Source of the DNA: Antedon mediterranea | Taxonomy: Eukaryota > Animalia > Echinodermata | DNA length: 64,000 bases | NCBI RefSeq assembly: GCF_964355755.1 | Contig: NC_092679.1 | Coordinates: 9,777,332-9,841,331 of the forward strand | Reading direction: 5' to 3' | Part shown: piece by piece, positions 1-13,515 of the stretch | How the letters are laid out: every line of letters begins with the position of its first letter | Position numbering within the stretch: the stretch's first letter is position 1 | The notes under the pieces: model-generated | Databases searched by the model: none | What the model was told of the DNA's origin: nothing | What the model saw: the letters and a program-made list of their open reading frames with translations, nothing else | Translations under genes and position numbers: made by a program

Positions 1-31
1 ACGGCTGGAAAATGGCGAACTTCAACTGGCA

Positions 32-93
32 TTCCGGTAAACTTTTCGAAATTCCATTGAAATAGTTCCGGTAAACTTTTTGAAATTCCATTG
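32..93. repeat. Two near-identical ~28-bp direct repeats (TTCCGGTAAACTTTTYGAAATTCCATTG), probably the edge of a repeat element cut by the window start
   Basis: Copies at 32-59 and 66-93, read directly. Confidence 0.7.
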
Positions 94-478
94 CCATACT
101 AGTGATCGGAATGTTGTTGTAAACACTTGGACTGTCTAAGAAACATTTCTTCTTTAAAAATTCAATCCATTATTAAATTTTACAACAGACTAAGAATCTT
201 TTGTCTATTATTTTCCTTACATCTGCATACTTTGCTTTATTTGTATAAGCCTCTTGATTGATTTTACATAATAATTCTCACATAATTGCATTGTCATAAG
301 ATGTTTAAACCACTTAAAACCATTTATTCACCTTTGTTTTATTGTTACCCCCCAATTCTTAACTTGTTTCTTTATATTTACGTTCTTGTACTTTTCTGTT
401 TTTACGTAACATTACCAGGCATCTTTTATTACATACTATTGAATAAACTAATCACATTATGTACCGCTAGATATTCTC

Positions 479-3290
479 ATGGACCCTTTTGACAATATAG
501 ATGCATTCCCATTTAATCACATTATTGATAATGATGAATTCTTGCATGTCATTCACTATTACTTTTGTGACGATAGAATTGACTTTGATAGATTTAATTC
601 TTTAATTTTTAAACCTTTTGATATTAATTTTAAAGATGTTATTAATAACAACGATGCCCAATTATTTTCCGAAAATATTGAATCTTGTGCCTATGAATAT
701 ATCGATAGTCTTAACAACAAATATTCAACACAAGATTGTTCATTTAGTATCTTTCACTTAAACGCACGCAGTCTTGTTAAACATTTTAACGATATCAATG
801 TATGCGTAGGTGCTATTAACCATGAATTCTCAGCACTATGCTTCACCGAAACTTTTTTTAATCATAATACGCCTTTTTCCTTTTATAATATTCCCAATTA
901 TAACCTCTTGCATGTTTCACGAGCTAGTAGACCAGGAGGAGGCGTTGCCATTTACCTACACCAGAGATTTAAGTATATTCTTCGCCCTGATTTATCATTA
1001 TCATTACTAATGGTTCGGAATCTCTTTTCATTGAAATCGATGCACAACCCAAAAACATAATCCTTGGAGTAGTATATCGTTTGCCTGAATTATCCATTAA
1101 CACATTTAATAAAGATATCTCTAATTTAATTGACACCATTAATAATGAGAAAAAAACAGCATATATTTTAGGAGACTTTAATATTAACTTGTTAAATTCC
1201 AAAACACATAAAGGTACTTCTGATTTTGTTAATACTTTATTTCAATCAAATTATTATCCTCTTATTACTAGGCCAACTAGAATTACGCGTTATTCTGCAA
1301 CTTTAATCGACAATATTTTTTGTAATAATCTATACGATAACTTTTCTTCCGGAATTCTATATTCGGACATCTCGGATCACTTTCCTGTTTTCTTGTTAGT
1401 ACATAAATCAGATCCTCTCCAACACCTGAAACCTAAATCAAAATATATGTACATAAAAAAAGTCAATGATATTTCAATTTCTGCCTTAAGTAATGATTTG
1501 AAATCTCGTAAACCGTTTCCTTCTAGCTTTATTAACAATGACATTGAATTAAATAATCCTCAACAAATTGCAACTGAATTCAATAATTATTTTACTAGTA
1601 TAGGGCCAAATTTAGTTAACAAAATACATGTGTCGGATAATGATAATTATACTTCTACCCTACATCGTCCATGTGTGCACTCTCTCTTTCTTAGTCCTGT
1701 AACCGAACATGAAGTTGTCAGTATAATACTTTCCCTCAAAGATAATAAATCTCCTGGGTTTGATGGGTTTTCCAATAAAATTATTAAACGTGTTTCTAAT
1801 TTTATATGCAAACCCTTAACTCACATTTTTAATACCTCTTTTCAAACTGGTATTTTTCCTGATTCTTTTAAAATAGCTAAAGTCATCCCTATCTAAAGGA
1901 AAGAAGATCCTCATCATTTCAATAACTACAGACCAATCTCCCTACTTCCTTGTTTCTCAAAATTAATTGAAAAAATAATGCATAATTGAATTTCTTCCTT
2001 TTTAACTAAACATAACATTTTATTTAAAGGCCAATATGGTTTCAGGAAAAAGTATTCAACAGATCTTGCTTTATTAGATATTTTTGACAAAATTACAATT
2101 GCCCTGACTAAAAATGAGTTTTCTGTTGGCATTTTCCTTGATTTATCTAAGGCCTTCGATACTATTAACCACGATATTTTAATTCATAAACTTTCAAATT
2201 ACGGTATCAGAGGCCTTCCTTTAAAACTAATTAAAAGCTACCTTTTCAATCGTGTTCAGTTTACTTCCTTAAATAATTTTAACTCTTCCTATTCCCGTTT
2301 AACCTGTGGTGTTCCCCAAGGATCGATTCTTGGACCACTCTTATTCCTGATTTTTGTTAACGATATACCAAACAGCTCTAAATTACTAAATTTTATCTTA
2401 TTTGCTGACGACACAAATATTTTTTTCTCTCATCCTAAATTAAATACCTTGTTTAAAATTGTCAATGATGAGTTACTTAAAGTTTCAAATTGGCTCAAAC
2501 ACAATAAATTAACTCTTAATACATTCAAAACGAACTATATAATATTTTCTAAACGTAACATTTCAAATTCTTTAAATGAACAAATATACATTGATAATAA
2601 AATGATCAAACGAGTTAATGAAACACAATTTTTAGGAGTAACCATAGATGCCTCTCTGACTAGGAAACTACATATAAATAAAGAGTTAATTTATCAGTAA
2701 TCTAGTTTCTAGAAATGTTGGAATATTGAACAAATTAAAACATATCTTCCCTCAAAAAACCTTATTAACCCTTTATAATACTTTAGTTTTGCCTTCCCTT
2801 TCTTATGCCAATTTATGTTGGGCAATTACTCTAGATAAATTTAATACGTTATGCCCCTGGACAAGTCTAGAGAAAACTCAAATTGACCGCCTTTTTAAAC
2901 TACAAACACGTGCACTTCGGATTTGCGCGGGAGAATCATTTAGAGCCCATACAAAATTACCTTTTAAAAGATTTAACGTTTTAAACATTTATGATTTAAA
3001 TAAATTACAAGTTGCCTCATTTATGTACCGTTTATCTAACAATTTACTGCCTTCACATTTTAATGCTTTATTTACAAGAATTGACGAACGCCATTCCTAT
3101 AAAACCCGATCCTCTGTTAATAATTATATCCTTGATAATTAATTTTAAAAGTTAAGGCTCGACGATTTTCTATGTATTATTTTGGTCCCAAACTTTGGAC
3201 TTCACTCTCAAATGAACTTAAACAGAAATCTTCCTTTTCTAGTTTTAAATCTAATTTCAAATACAAAATGGTGTCAGAATATGCTACATA
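479..3290 (+). pseudogene. Disrupted LINE ORF2 (APE-RT)
   Basis: Split over ORFs 479-1060, 1081-1896, 2449-2700 and 2726-3142. Frameshifts near 1010 and 2690; in-frame stops at 1894-1896 (TAA) and 1987-1989 (TGA). The APE-RT linker looks internally deleted near 1505. Confidence 0.9.
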
Positions 3291-3598
3291 ATTTTTCGCC
3301 GATCTTTTATCCTTATTTATTTGGTGGTGATACATGGCATTAAATCCTTCACCCTGGTATTCAATAATCTCCGCTACATTGTATCGTTATACTTGTTATT
3401 ATACCATATTTAATTATATTTCATATTGAACTCTAATTGTTATCATTATCCCTTTTATCATTATATTATATAATTGCCTGGTTTATCTTAACTTCTATAA
3501 TTTAAATTTTTTTGTTTTGTTTATTTTATGTACTTTCACTATTATATATTCATATTTTAGTCTACTCTGTAGCAATGTTAGTATACTTATAGGCATAC

Positions 3599-3640
3599 GG
3601 GAGTCACGACTTAAAGTTCAGTGAACTTACTGTGACTTCC
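3599..3640 (+). other. LINE 3' UTR stem-loop (likely RT recognition structure)
   Basis: GAGTCAC pairs with GTGACTT and an inner AAGTTC/GAACTT stem, ~75 nt before the tail. 3' stem-loops are typical of CR1/L2-group LINEs. Confidence 0.65.
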
Positions 3641-6088
3641 ATCCACCCACATTTAATATATGTTATGTAAATGTAAATGATATATATATATATATATATA
3701 AGTGAGTGGAAAAAAATAAATAAACGAAACGAAAAATAAACGAAACATTCACAACCCTAAAAAATATCTCATTTTCAAAAAAAATATTTATTTTCAATAA
3801 GAAAAAAAAAGCAATATTCCTAGAGGTTGGAACCCGCTACTGAGAGCACTCAAGCCTGAGCATTACCCGTTACGCCACAAACCAGTAGATAACTGAAGAG
3901 CTGATAATAGTCTATTTATATGAAATTAATGATCAATCAATGAAAAATAATGCCATGCAACTTTGTTTCTGATTTTAAAAAAGGTTCATTTGTTTAGGCC
4001 TGACATTTACAACCCTCAAAATATCTCACTTTCAAAAACAATATTTATTTTCAATTTAAAAAAAAAAAAAATCCCTAGAGGTTCGAACCCACTACTCAGA
4101 GCACTCAAACCTGAGCATTACCCGTTACGCCACAAACCAGTAGATAACTGAAGAGCTGATAATAGTCTATTTATATGAAATTAATGATCAATCAATGAAA
4201 AATAATGCCATGCAACTTTGTTTCTGATTTTAAAAAAGGTCTACTTGTTTAGGCCTGACATTTACAACCCTCAAAATATCTCACTTTCAAAAACAATATT
4301 TATCTTAAATAAAAAAAAAGAAAAGAAACAAAATATCCGTAGAGGTTCGAACCCACTAGTGAGAGCACTCAAATTTGAGCATTACCCGGTACACCTCAAA
4401 CCAGTAGATAACTGAAGAGCTGATAATAGTCTATTTATATGAAATGAATAATAAATCAATGAAAAATAATGCCATGCAACTTTGTTTCTGATTTTAAGAA
4501 AGGTTCATTTGTTTAGGCCTGACATTTACAATCCTCAAAATATCTCACTTTCAAAAACAATATTTATTTTCAATTAAAAAAAAAAGAAAAAAAATACCCG
4601 TATAGGTTCGAACCCACTACTGAGAGCAATCAAACCTGAGCATTATCCGTTACGCAACAAACCAGTAGATGACTGAGGAGCTGATAATAGTCTATTTATA
4701 TGAAATGAATGATCAATCAATGAAAAATAATGCCATGCAACTTTGTTTCTGATTGAAAAAAAGATCCACTTGGTTAGGCTTGACATTTAAAACCATAAAA
4801 ATATCTCACTTTTAAAAACAATATTTATTTTCAAATAAAAAAAAAAGACAAAAAATATCCCTAGAACCAGTATATGACTGAAGAGCTGATAATAGTCTAT
4901 TTATATGAAATGGATCATCAATCAATGAAAAATAATGCCATGCAACTTTGTTTCTGATTTTAAAAAAGGTTCACTTGTTTAGGCCTGACAGTTGCAACCC
5001 TCAAAATATCTCACTTTCAAAAACCATATTTATTTTCAATTTAAAAAAAAATGAAAAAAATAACCCTAGAGGTTCGACCCACTACTCAGAGCACTCAAAC
5101 CTGAGCATTACCCGTTACGCCACAAACCAGTAGATAACTGAAGAGCTGATAATAGTCTATTTATATGAAATTAATGATCAATCAATTAAAAATAATGCCA
5201 TGCAACTTTGTTTCTGATTTTAAAAAAAGGTTCATTTGTTTAGGCCTGACATTTACAACCCTCAAAATATCTAACTTTAAAAAAAAATATTTATTTTCAA
5301 TTAAAAAAAAAAATAAAAGAAATATCCCTAGAGGTTCGAACCCACTACTGCAAGCACTCAAACTTGAGCATTACCCGTTACGCCTCAAACCAGTAGATGA
5401 CTGAAGAGCTGATAATAGTCTATTTATATGAAATAAATAATAAATCAATGAAAAATAATGCCATGCAACTTTGTTTCTGATTTTAAAAAAGGTTCATTTG
5501 TTTAGACCTGACATTTACAACCCTCAAAATATCTCACTTTCAAAAAAAATATTTATTTTCAATTTAAAAAAAAAAGAAAAGAAGTATCCCCAGAGGTTCG
5601 AACCCACTACTGCGAGCACTCAAACTTGAGCATTACCGGTTACGCCTCAAACCAGTAGATGACTGAAGAGCTGATAATACTCTATTTATATGAAATAAAT
5701 AATAAATCAATGAAAAATAATGCCATGCAACTTTGTTTCTGATTTTAATAAAGGTCCACTTGTTTAGGGCTGATATTTACAATCCTCAAAATAGCTCACT
5801 TTCAAAAACAATATTTATTTTCAATTAAAAAAAAAGAAAAAAAATACCCGTATAGGTTCGAACCCACTACTGAGAGCCCTCAAACCTGAGCATTATCCGT
5901 TACGCCACAAACCAGTAGATGACTGAGGAGCTGATAATAGTCTATTTATATGAAATGAATGATCAATCAATGAAAAATAATGCCATGCAACTTTGTTTCT
6001 GATTTAAACAAGCACGAATGTGCAATACTCGGGGTACAGCAAAAGAAGCTGTATACAGACGTATACAGTTAGAAAGTTAAAGCAAAAT

Positions 6089-6160
6089 AGGTTTCGCCAG
6101 GGCTCGAACCGGGACCTTCTGCGTGTTAAGCAGACTTGACAACCACTACACTACGAAACC
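6089..6160 (-). tRNA. tRNA-Val(AAC), type A; possibly a pseudogene
   Basis: Reverse complement GGTTTCGTAGTGTAGTGGTTGTCAAGTCTGCTTAACACGCAGAAGGTCCCGGTTCGAGCCCTGGCGAAACC: perfect acceptor and anticodon stems, D- and T-stem mismatches, TTTT immediately downstream. Confidence 0.8.
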
Positions 6161-6369
6161 TCTTACATTAAAATTGTGGGTTACAGAAAGTTTTTTAATC
6201 CATTTAAATTACAAATAAATGGTAATAAGCACAAAGCAAAATAAACATGTGTAAAAGTGATAATTACCGATTACACAAAATAAGTATTTAAAAAAATAAT
6301 AATAAGATATACTGTGTATAATTATCATATTGCGTATACAGTACTTTTCACCATAAAGTTTAAAAAAAA

Positions 6370-6442
6370 AGGTTTAGCCCGGGCTCGAACCAGGTACCTT
6401 CTGCGTATTGAGCAAACGTGATAACCACTACGCCAAGAAGCC
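6370..6442 (-). pseudogene. tRNA-Val-derived pseudogene, type B (anticodon drifted to AAT, C at position 33)
   Basis: Reverse complement GGCTTCTTGGCGTAGTGGTTATCACGTTTGCTCAATACGCAGAAGGTACCTGGTTCGAGCCCGGGCTAAACC; acceptor-stem mismatches. Confidence 0.75.
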
Positions 6443-6586
6443 GCATATAACTACATAACGCTGTGGTGTGTGTCACACATTGTGGCTTCTTAATTAAACA
6501 AATTAATTAACAAAAAAAGCACGAAAGACGAAAGACGCTGTATACAGACGTATACAGTTATTTCACAATAAAGTAAAAGAAACCCG

Positions 6587-6659
6587 AGGTTTCGCCAGGG
6601 CTCGAACCGGGACCTTCTGCGTGTTAAGCAGACTTGACAACCACTACACTACGAAAACC
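6587..6659 (-). pseudogene. tRNA-Val(AAC) type A copy with 1-nt insertion in the acceptor stem
   Basis: Same as 6089-6160 but the 5' end reads GGTTTTCG. Confidence 0.75.
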
Positions 6660-6871
6660 ACTTACACTAAAAATGTGGGTTACAGAAAGTTTTTTAATCC
6701 ATTTAAATTACAAATAAATATGGTAATAAGCACAAAGAAAAATAAACATGTGTAAAAGTGATAATTACCGATTACACAAAATAAGTATTTAAAAAAATAA
6801 TAAAAATAATATATACTGTGTATAATTATCATATTGCGTATAGAGTACTTTTCACCATAACGTTTAAAAAA

Positions 6872-6944
6872 AAGTTTCGTCCGGGCTCGAACCAGGTACC
6901 TTCTGCGTGTTAAGCAAACGTGATAACCACTACGCCAAGAATCC
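6872..6944 (-). pseudogene. tRNA-Val(AAC) type B copy, degenerate acceptor stem
   Basis: Reverse complement GGATTCTTGGCGTAGTGGTTATCACGTTTGCTTAACACGCAGAAGGTACCTGGTTCGAGCCCGGACGAAACT. Confidence 0.75.
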
Positions 6945-9661
6945 GCATATAACCATATAACTATATAACGCTGTGGTGTGTGTCACACATTGTGGATTCT
7001 TAATTAAACAAATTAATTAACAAAAAATTAAAAATCCGGCTCTATAGCTTTGAGGACATGTCCCTCAAAATATCTCACTTTCAAAAACAATATTTATTTT
7101 CAATTAAAAAAAAAAGAAAAAATATACCCGTATAGGTTCGAACCCACTACTGAGAGCACTCAAACCTGAGCATTATCCGTTACGCCACAAACCAGTAGAT
7201 GACTGAGGAGCTGATAATAGTCTATTTATATGAAATGAATGATCAATCAATGAAAAATAATGTCATGCAAGTTTGTTTCTGATTAAAAAAAAGGTCCACT
7301 TGGTTAGGCTTGACATTTAAAACCATAAAAATATCTCACTTTCAAAAACAATATTTATTTTCAAACAAAAAAAAAAGAAAAAAATATTCCTAGAGGTTCG
7401 AACCCACTACTGAGAGAACTCAAACCTGAGCATTACCGGTTACGGCGCAAGCCAGTAGATGAGGGAAGAGCTGATAATAGTCTATTTATATGAAATGAAT
7501 GATCCATCAATGTAAAATGATGTTATGCAACTTTGTTTCTGATTTTGAAAAAGGTCCACTTGGTTAGGCTTGAAATTTAAAACCATAAAAATATCTCACT
7601 TTCAAAAACAATATTTATTTTCAAATAAAAAAATATGAAAAAAAGTATCCCTAGAAGTTCGAACCCACTATTAAAATCACTCAAACCTGAGCATTACCCG
7701 TTACGCCGCAAACCAGTATATGACTGAAGAGCTGATAATAGTCTATTTATATGAAATGAATGATCCATCAATGTAAAATGATGTTATGCAACTTTGTTTC
7801 TGATTTAAAAAACGGTCCACTTGGTTAGGCTTGACATTTAAAACCATAAAAATATCTCACTTTCAAAAACAATAATTATTTAAAAAAAAAAAAAAAAAGA
7901 AAAAAATATTCCTAGAGGTTCGAACCCACTACTGAGAGAACTCAAACCTGAGCATTACCGGTTACGGCGCAAGCCAGTAGATGAGTGAAGAGCTGATAAT
8001 AGTCTATTTATATGAAATGAATGATCCATCAATGTAAAATGATGTTATGCAACTTTGTTTCTGATTTTAAAAAAGGTCCACTCGGTTAGGCTTGACATTT
8101 AAAACCATAAAAATATCTCACTTTCAAAAACAATATTTATTTTCAATTAAAAAAAAAAGAAAAAAAATACCCGTATAGGTTCGAACCCACTACTGAGAGC
8201 AATCAAACCTGAGCATTATCCGTTACGCAACAAACCAGTAGATGACTGAGGAGCTGATAATAGTCTATTTATATGAAATGAATGATCAATCAATGAAAAA
8301 TAATGCCATGCAACTTTGTTTCTGATTGAAAAAAAGATCCACTTGGTTAGGCTTGACATTTAAAACCATAAAAATATCTCACTTTTAAAAACAATATTTA
8401 TTTTCAAATAAAAAAAAAAGACAAAAAATATCCCTAGAACCAGTATATGACTGAAGAGCTGATAATAGTCTATTTATATGAAATGGATCATCAATCAATG
8501 AAAAATAATGCCATGCAACTTTGTTTCTGATTTTAAAAAAGGTTCACTTGTTTAGGCCTGACAGTTGCAACCCTCAAAATATCTCACTTTCAAAAACCAT
8601 ATTTATTTTCAATTTAAAAAAAAATGAAAAAAATAACCCTAGAGGTTCGACCCACTACTCAGAGCACTCAAACCTGAGCATTACCCGTTACGCCACAAAC
8701 CAGTAGATAACTGAAGAGCTGATAATAGTCTATTTATATGAAATTAATGATCAATCAATTAAAAATAATGCCATGCAACTTTGTTTCTGATTTTAAAAAA
8801 AGGTTCATTTGTTTAGGCCTGACATTTACAACCCTCAAAATATCTAACTTTAAAAAAAAATATTTATTTTCAATTAAAAAAAAAAATAAAAGAAATATCC
8901 CTAGAGGTTCGAACCCACTACTGCAAGCACTCAAACTTGAGCATTACCCGTTACGCCTCAAACCAGTAGATGACTGAAGAGCTGATAATAGTCTATTTAT
9001 ATGAAATAAATAATAAATCAATGAAAAATAATGCCATGCAACTTTGTTTCTGATTTTAAAAAAGGTTCATTTGTTTAGACCTGACATTTACAACCCTCAA
9101 AATATCTCACTTTCAAAAAAAATATTTATTTTCAATTTAAAAAAAAAAGAAAAGAAGTATCCCCAGAGGTTCGAACCCACTACTGCGAGCACTCAAACTT
9201 GAGCATTACCGGTTACGCCTCAAACCAGTAGATGACTGAAGAGCTGATAATACTCTATTTATATGAAATAAATAATAAATCAATGAAAAATAATGCCATG
9301 CAACTTTGTTTCTGATTTTAATAAAGGTCCACTTGTTTAGGGCTGATATTTACAATCCTCAAAATAGCTCACTTTCAAAAACAATATTTATTTTCAATTA
9401 AAAAAAAAGAAAAAAAATACCCGTATAGGTTCGAACCCACTACTGAGAGCCCTCAAACCTGAGCATTATCCGTTACGCCACAAACCAGTAGATGACTGAG
9501 GAGCTGATAATAGTCTATTTATATGAAATGAATGATCAATCAATGAAAAATAATGCCATGCAACTTTGTTTCTGATTTAAACAAGCACGAATGTGCAATA
9601 CTCGGGGTACAGCAAAAGAAGCTGTATACAGACGTATACAGTTAGAAAGTTAAAGCAAAAT

Positions 9662-9733
9662 AGGTTTCGCCAGGGCTCGAACCGGGACCTTCTGCGTGTT
9701 AAGCAGACTTGACAACCACTACACTACGAAACC
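9662..9733 (-). tRNA. tRNA-Val(AAC) type A, HOR copy 2
   Basis: Same as 6089-6160, offset +3573. Confidence 0.8.
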
Positions 9734-9942
9734 TCTTACATTAAAATTGTGGGTTACAGAAAGTTTTTTAATCCATTTAAATTACAAATAAATGGTAATA
9801 AGCACAAAGCAAAATAAACATGTGTAAAAGTGATAATTACCGATTACACAAAATAAGTATTTAAAAAAATAATAATAAGATATACTGTGTATAATTATCA
9901 TATTGCGTATACAGTACTTTTCACCATAAAGTTTAAAAAAAA

Positions 9943-10517
9943 AGGTTTAGCCCGGGCTCGAACCAGGTACCTTCTGCGTATTGAGCAAACGTGATAACCA
10001 CTACGCCAAGAAGCCGCATATAACTACATAACGCTGTGGTGTGTGTCACACATTGTGGCTTCTTAATTAAACAAATTAATTAACAAAAAAAGCACGAAAG
10101 ACGAAAGACGCTGTATACAGACGTATACAGTTATTTCACAATAAAGTAAAAGAAACCCGAGGTTTCGCCAGGGCTCGAACCGGGACCTTCTGCGTGTTAA
10201 GCAGACTTGACAACCACTACACTACGAAAACCACTTACACTAAAAATGTGGGTTACAGAAAGTTTTTTAATCCATTTAAATTACAAATAAATATGGTAAT
10301 AAGCACAAAGAAAAATAAACATGTGTAAAAGTGATAATTACCGATTACACAAAATAAGTATTTAAAAAAATAATAAAAATAATATATACTGTGTATAATT
10401 ATCATATTGCGTATAGAGTACTTTTCACCATAACGTTTAAAAAAAAGTTTCGTCCGGGCTCGAACCAGGTACCTTCTGCGTGTTAAGCAAACGTGATAAC
10501 CACTACGCCAAGAATCC
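9943..10517 (-). pseudogene. Three tRNA-Val-derived pseudogenes of HOR copy 2 (9943-10015, 10160-10232, 10445-10517)
   Basis: Same as copy 1, offset +3573. Confidence 0.75.
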
Positions 10518-13234
10518 GCATATAACCATATAACTATATAACGCTGTGGTGTGTGTCACACATTGTGGATTCTTAATTAAACAAATTAATTAACAAAAAA
10601 TTAAAAATCCGGCTCTATAGCTTTGAGGACATGTCCCTCAAAATATCTCACTTTCAAAAACAATATTTATTTTCAATTAAAAAAAAAAGAAAAAATATAC
10701 CCGTATAGGTTCGAACCCACTACTGAGAGCACTCAAACCTGAGCATTATCCGTTACGCCACAAACCAGTAGATGACTGAGGAGCTGATAATAGTCTATTT
10801 ATATGAAATGAATGATCAATCAATGAAAAATAATGTCATGCAAGTTTGTTTCTGATTAAAAAAAAGGTCCACTTGGTTAGGCTTGACATTTAAAACCATA
10901 AAAATATCTCACTTTCAAAAACAATATTTATTTTCAAACAAAAAAAAAAGAAAAAAATATTCCTAGAGGTTCGAACCCACTACTGAGAGAACTCAAACCT
11001 GAGCATTACCGGTTACGGCGCAAGCCAGTAGATGAGGGAAGAGCTGATAATAGTCTATTTATATGAAATGAATGATCCATCAATGTAAAATGATGTTATG
11101 CAACTTTGTTTCTGATTTTGAAAAAGGTCCACTTGGTTAGGCTTGAAATTTAAAACCATAAAAATATCTCACTTTCAAAAACAATATTTATTTTCAAATA
11201 AAAAAATATGAAAAAAAGTATCCCTAGAAGTTCGAACCCACTATTAAAATCACTCAAACCTGAGCATTACCCGTTACGCCGCAAACCAGTATATGACTGA
11301 AGAGCTGATAATAGTCTATTTATATGAAATGAATGATCCATCAATGTAAAATGATGTTATGCAACTTTGTTTCTGATTTAAAAAACGGTCCACTTGGTTA
11401 GGCTTGACATTTAAAACCATAAAAATATCTCACTTTCAAAAACAATAATTATTTAAAAAAAAAAAAAAAAAGAAAAAAATATTCCTAGAGGTTCGAACCC
11501 ACTACTGAGAGAACTCAAACCTGAGCATTACCGGTTACGGCGCAAGCCAGTAGATGAGTGAAGAGCTGATAATAGTCTATTTATATGAAATGAATGATCC
11601 ATCAATGTAAAATGATGTTATGCAACTTTGTTTCTGATTTTAAAAAAGGTCCACTCGGTTAGGCTTGACATTTAAAACCATAAAAATATCTCACTTTCAA
11701 AAACAATATTTATTTTCAATTAAAAAAAAAAGAAAAAAAATACCCGTATAGGTTCGAACCCACTACTGAGAGCAATCAAACCTGAGCATTATCCGTTACG
11801 CAACAAACCAGTAGATGACTGAGGAGCTGATAATAGTCTATTTATATGAAATGAATGATCAATCAATGAAAAATAATGCCATGCAACTTTGTTTCTGATT
11901 GAAAAAAAGATCCACTTGGTTAGGCTTGACATTTAAAACCATAAAAATATCTCACTTTTAAAAACAATATTTATTTTCAAATAAAAAAAAAAGACAAAAA
12001 ATATCCCTAGAACCAGTATATGACTGAAGAGCTGATAATAGTCTATTTATATGAAATGGATCATCAATCAATGAAAAATAATGCCATGCAACTTTGTTTC
12101 TGATTTTAAAAAAGGTTCACTTGTTTAGGCCTGACAGTTGCAACCCTCAAAATATCTCACTTTCAAAAACCATATTTATTTTCAATTTAAAAAAAAATGA
12201 AAAAAATAACCCTAGAGGTTCGACCCACTACTCAGAGCACTCAAACCTGAGCATTACCCGTTACGCCACAAACCAGTAGATAACTGAAGAGCTGATAATA
12301 GTCTATTTATATGAAATTAATGATCAATCAATTAAAAATAATGCCATGCAACTTTGTTTCTGATTTTAAAAAAAGGTTCATTTGTTTAGGCCTGACATTT
12401 ACAACCCTCAAAATATCTAACTTTAAAAAAAAATATTTATTTTCAATTAAAAAAAAAAATAAAAGAAATATCCCTAGAGGTTCGAACCCACTACTGCAAG
12501 CACTCAAACTTGAGCATTACCCGTTACGCCTCAAACCAGTAGATGACTGAAGAGCTGATAATAGTCTATTTATATGAAATAAATAATAAATCAATGAAAA
12601 ATAATGCCATGCAACTTTGTTTCTGATTTTAAAAAAGGTTCATTTGTTTAGACCTGACATTTACAACCCTCAAAATATCTCACTTTCAAAAAAAATATTT
12701 ATTTTCAATTTAAAAAAAAAAGAAAAGAAGTATCCCCAGAGGTTCGAACCCACTACTGCGAGCACTCAAACTTGAGCATTACCGGTTACGCCTCAAACCA
12801 GTAGATGACTGAAGAGCTGATAATACTCTATTTATATGAAATAAATAATAAATCAATGAAAAATAATGCCATGCAACTTTGTTTCTGATTTTAATAAAGG
12901 TCCACTTGTTTAGGGCTGATATTTACAATCCTCAAAATAGCTCACTTTCAAAAACAATATTTATTTTCAATTAAAAAAAAAGAAAAAAAATACCCGTATA
13001 GGTTCGAACCCACTACTGAGAGCCCTCAAACCTGAGCATTATCCGTTACGCCACAAACCAGTAGATGACTGAGGAGCTGATAATAGTCTATTTATATGAA
13101 ATGAATGATCAATCAATGAAAAATAATGCCATGCAACTTTGTTTCTGATTTAAACAAGCACGAATGTGCAATACTCGGGGTACAGCAAAAGAAGCTGTAT
13201 ACAGACGTATACAGTTAGAAAGTTAAAGCAAAAT

Positions 13235-13306
13235 AGGTTTCGCCAGGGCTCGAACCGGGACCTTCTGCGTGTTAAGCAGACTTGACAACCACTACACTAC
13301 GAAACC
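13235..13306 (-). tRNA. tRNA-Val(AAC) type A, HOR copy 3
   Basis: Same as 6089-6160, offset +7146. Confidence 0.8.
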
Positions 13307-13515
13307 TCTTACATTAAAATTGTGGGTTACAGAAAGTTTTTTAATCCATTTAAATTACAAATAAATGGTAATAAGCACAAAGCAAAATAAACATGTGTAA
13401 AAGTGATAATTACCGATTACACAAAATAAGTATTTAAAAAAATAATAATAAGATATACTGTGTATAATTATCATATTGCGTATACAGTACTTTTCACCAT
13501 AAAGTTTAAAAAAAA

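Larger units (their letters stand above)
479..3746 (+). mobile_element. Degenerate non-LTR retrotransposon, CR1 group (Crack/L2-like): APE endonuclease + RT, 3' UTR and tail
   Basis: APE motifs HLNARSL, FTETF, GGGVAIY, ILGDFN, TLIDNIF, ISDHFP. RT motifs KSPGFDG, NYRPISLLP, FLDLSKAFDT, GVPQGSILGPLLF, LFADDTN (~2398-2418). The 3' end has AATAAA and an AAAC-rich tail at 3715-3746. The 5' boundary is uncertain and no ORF1 is seen. Confidence 0.93.
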
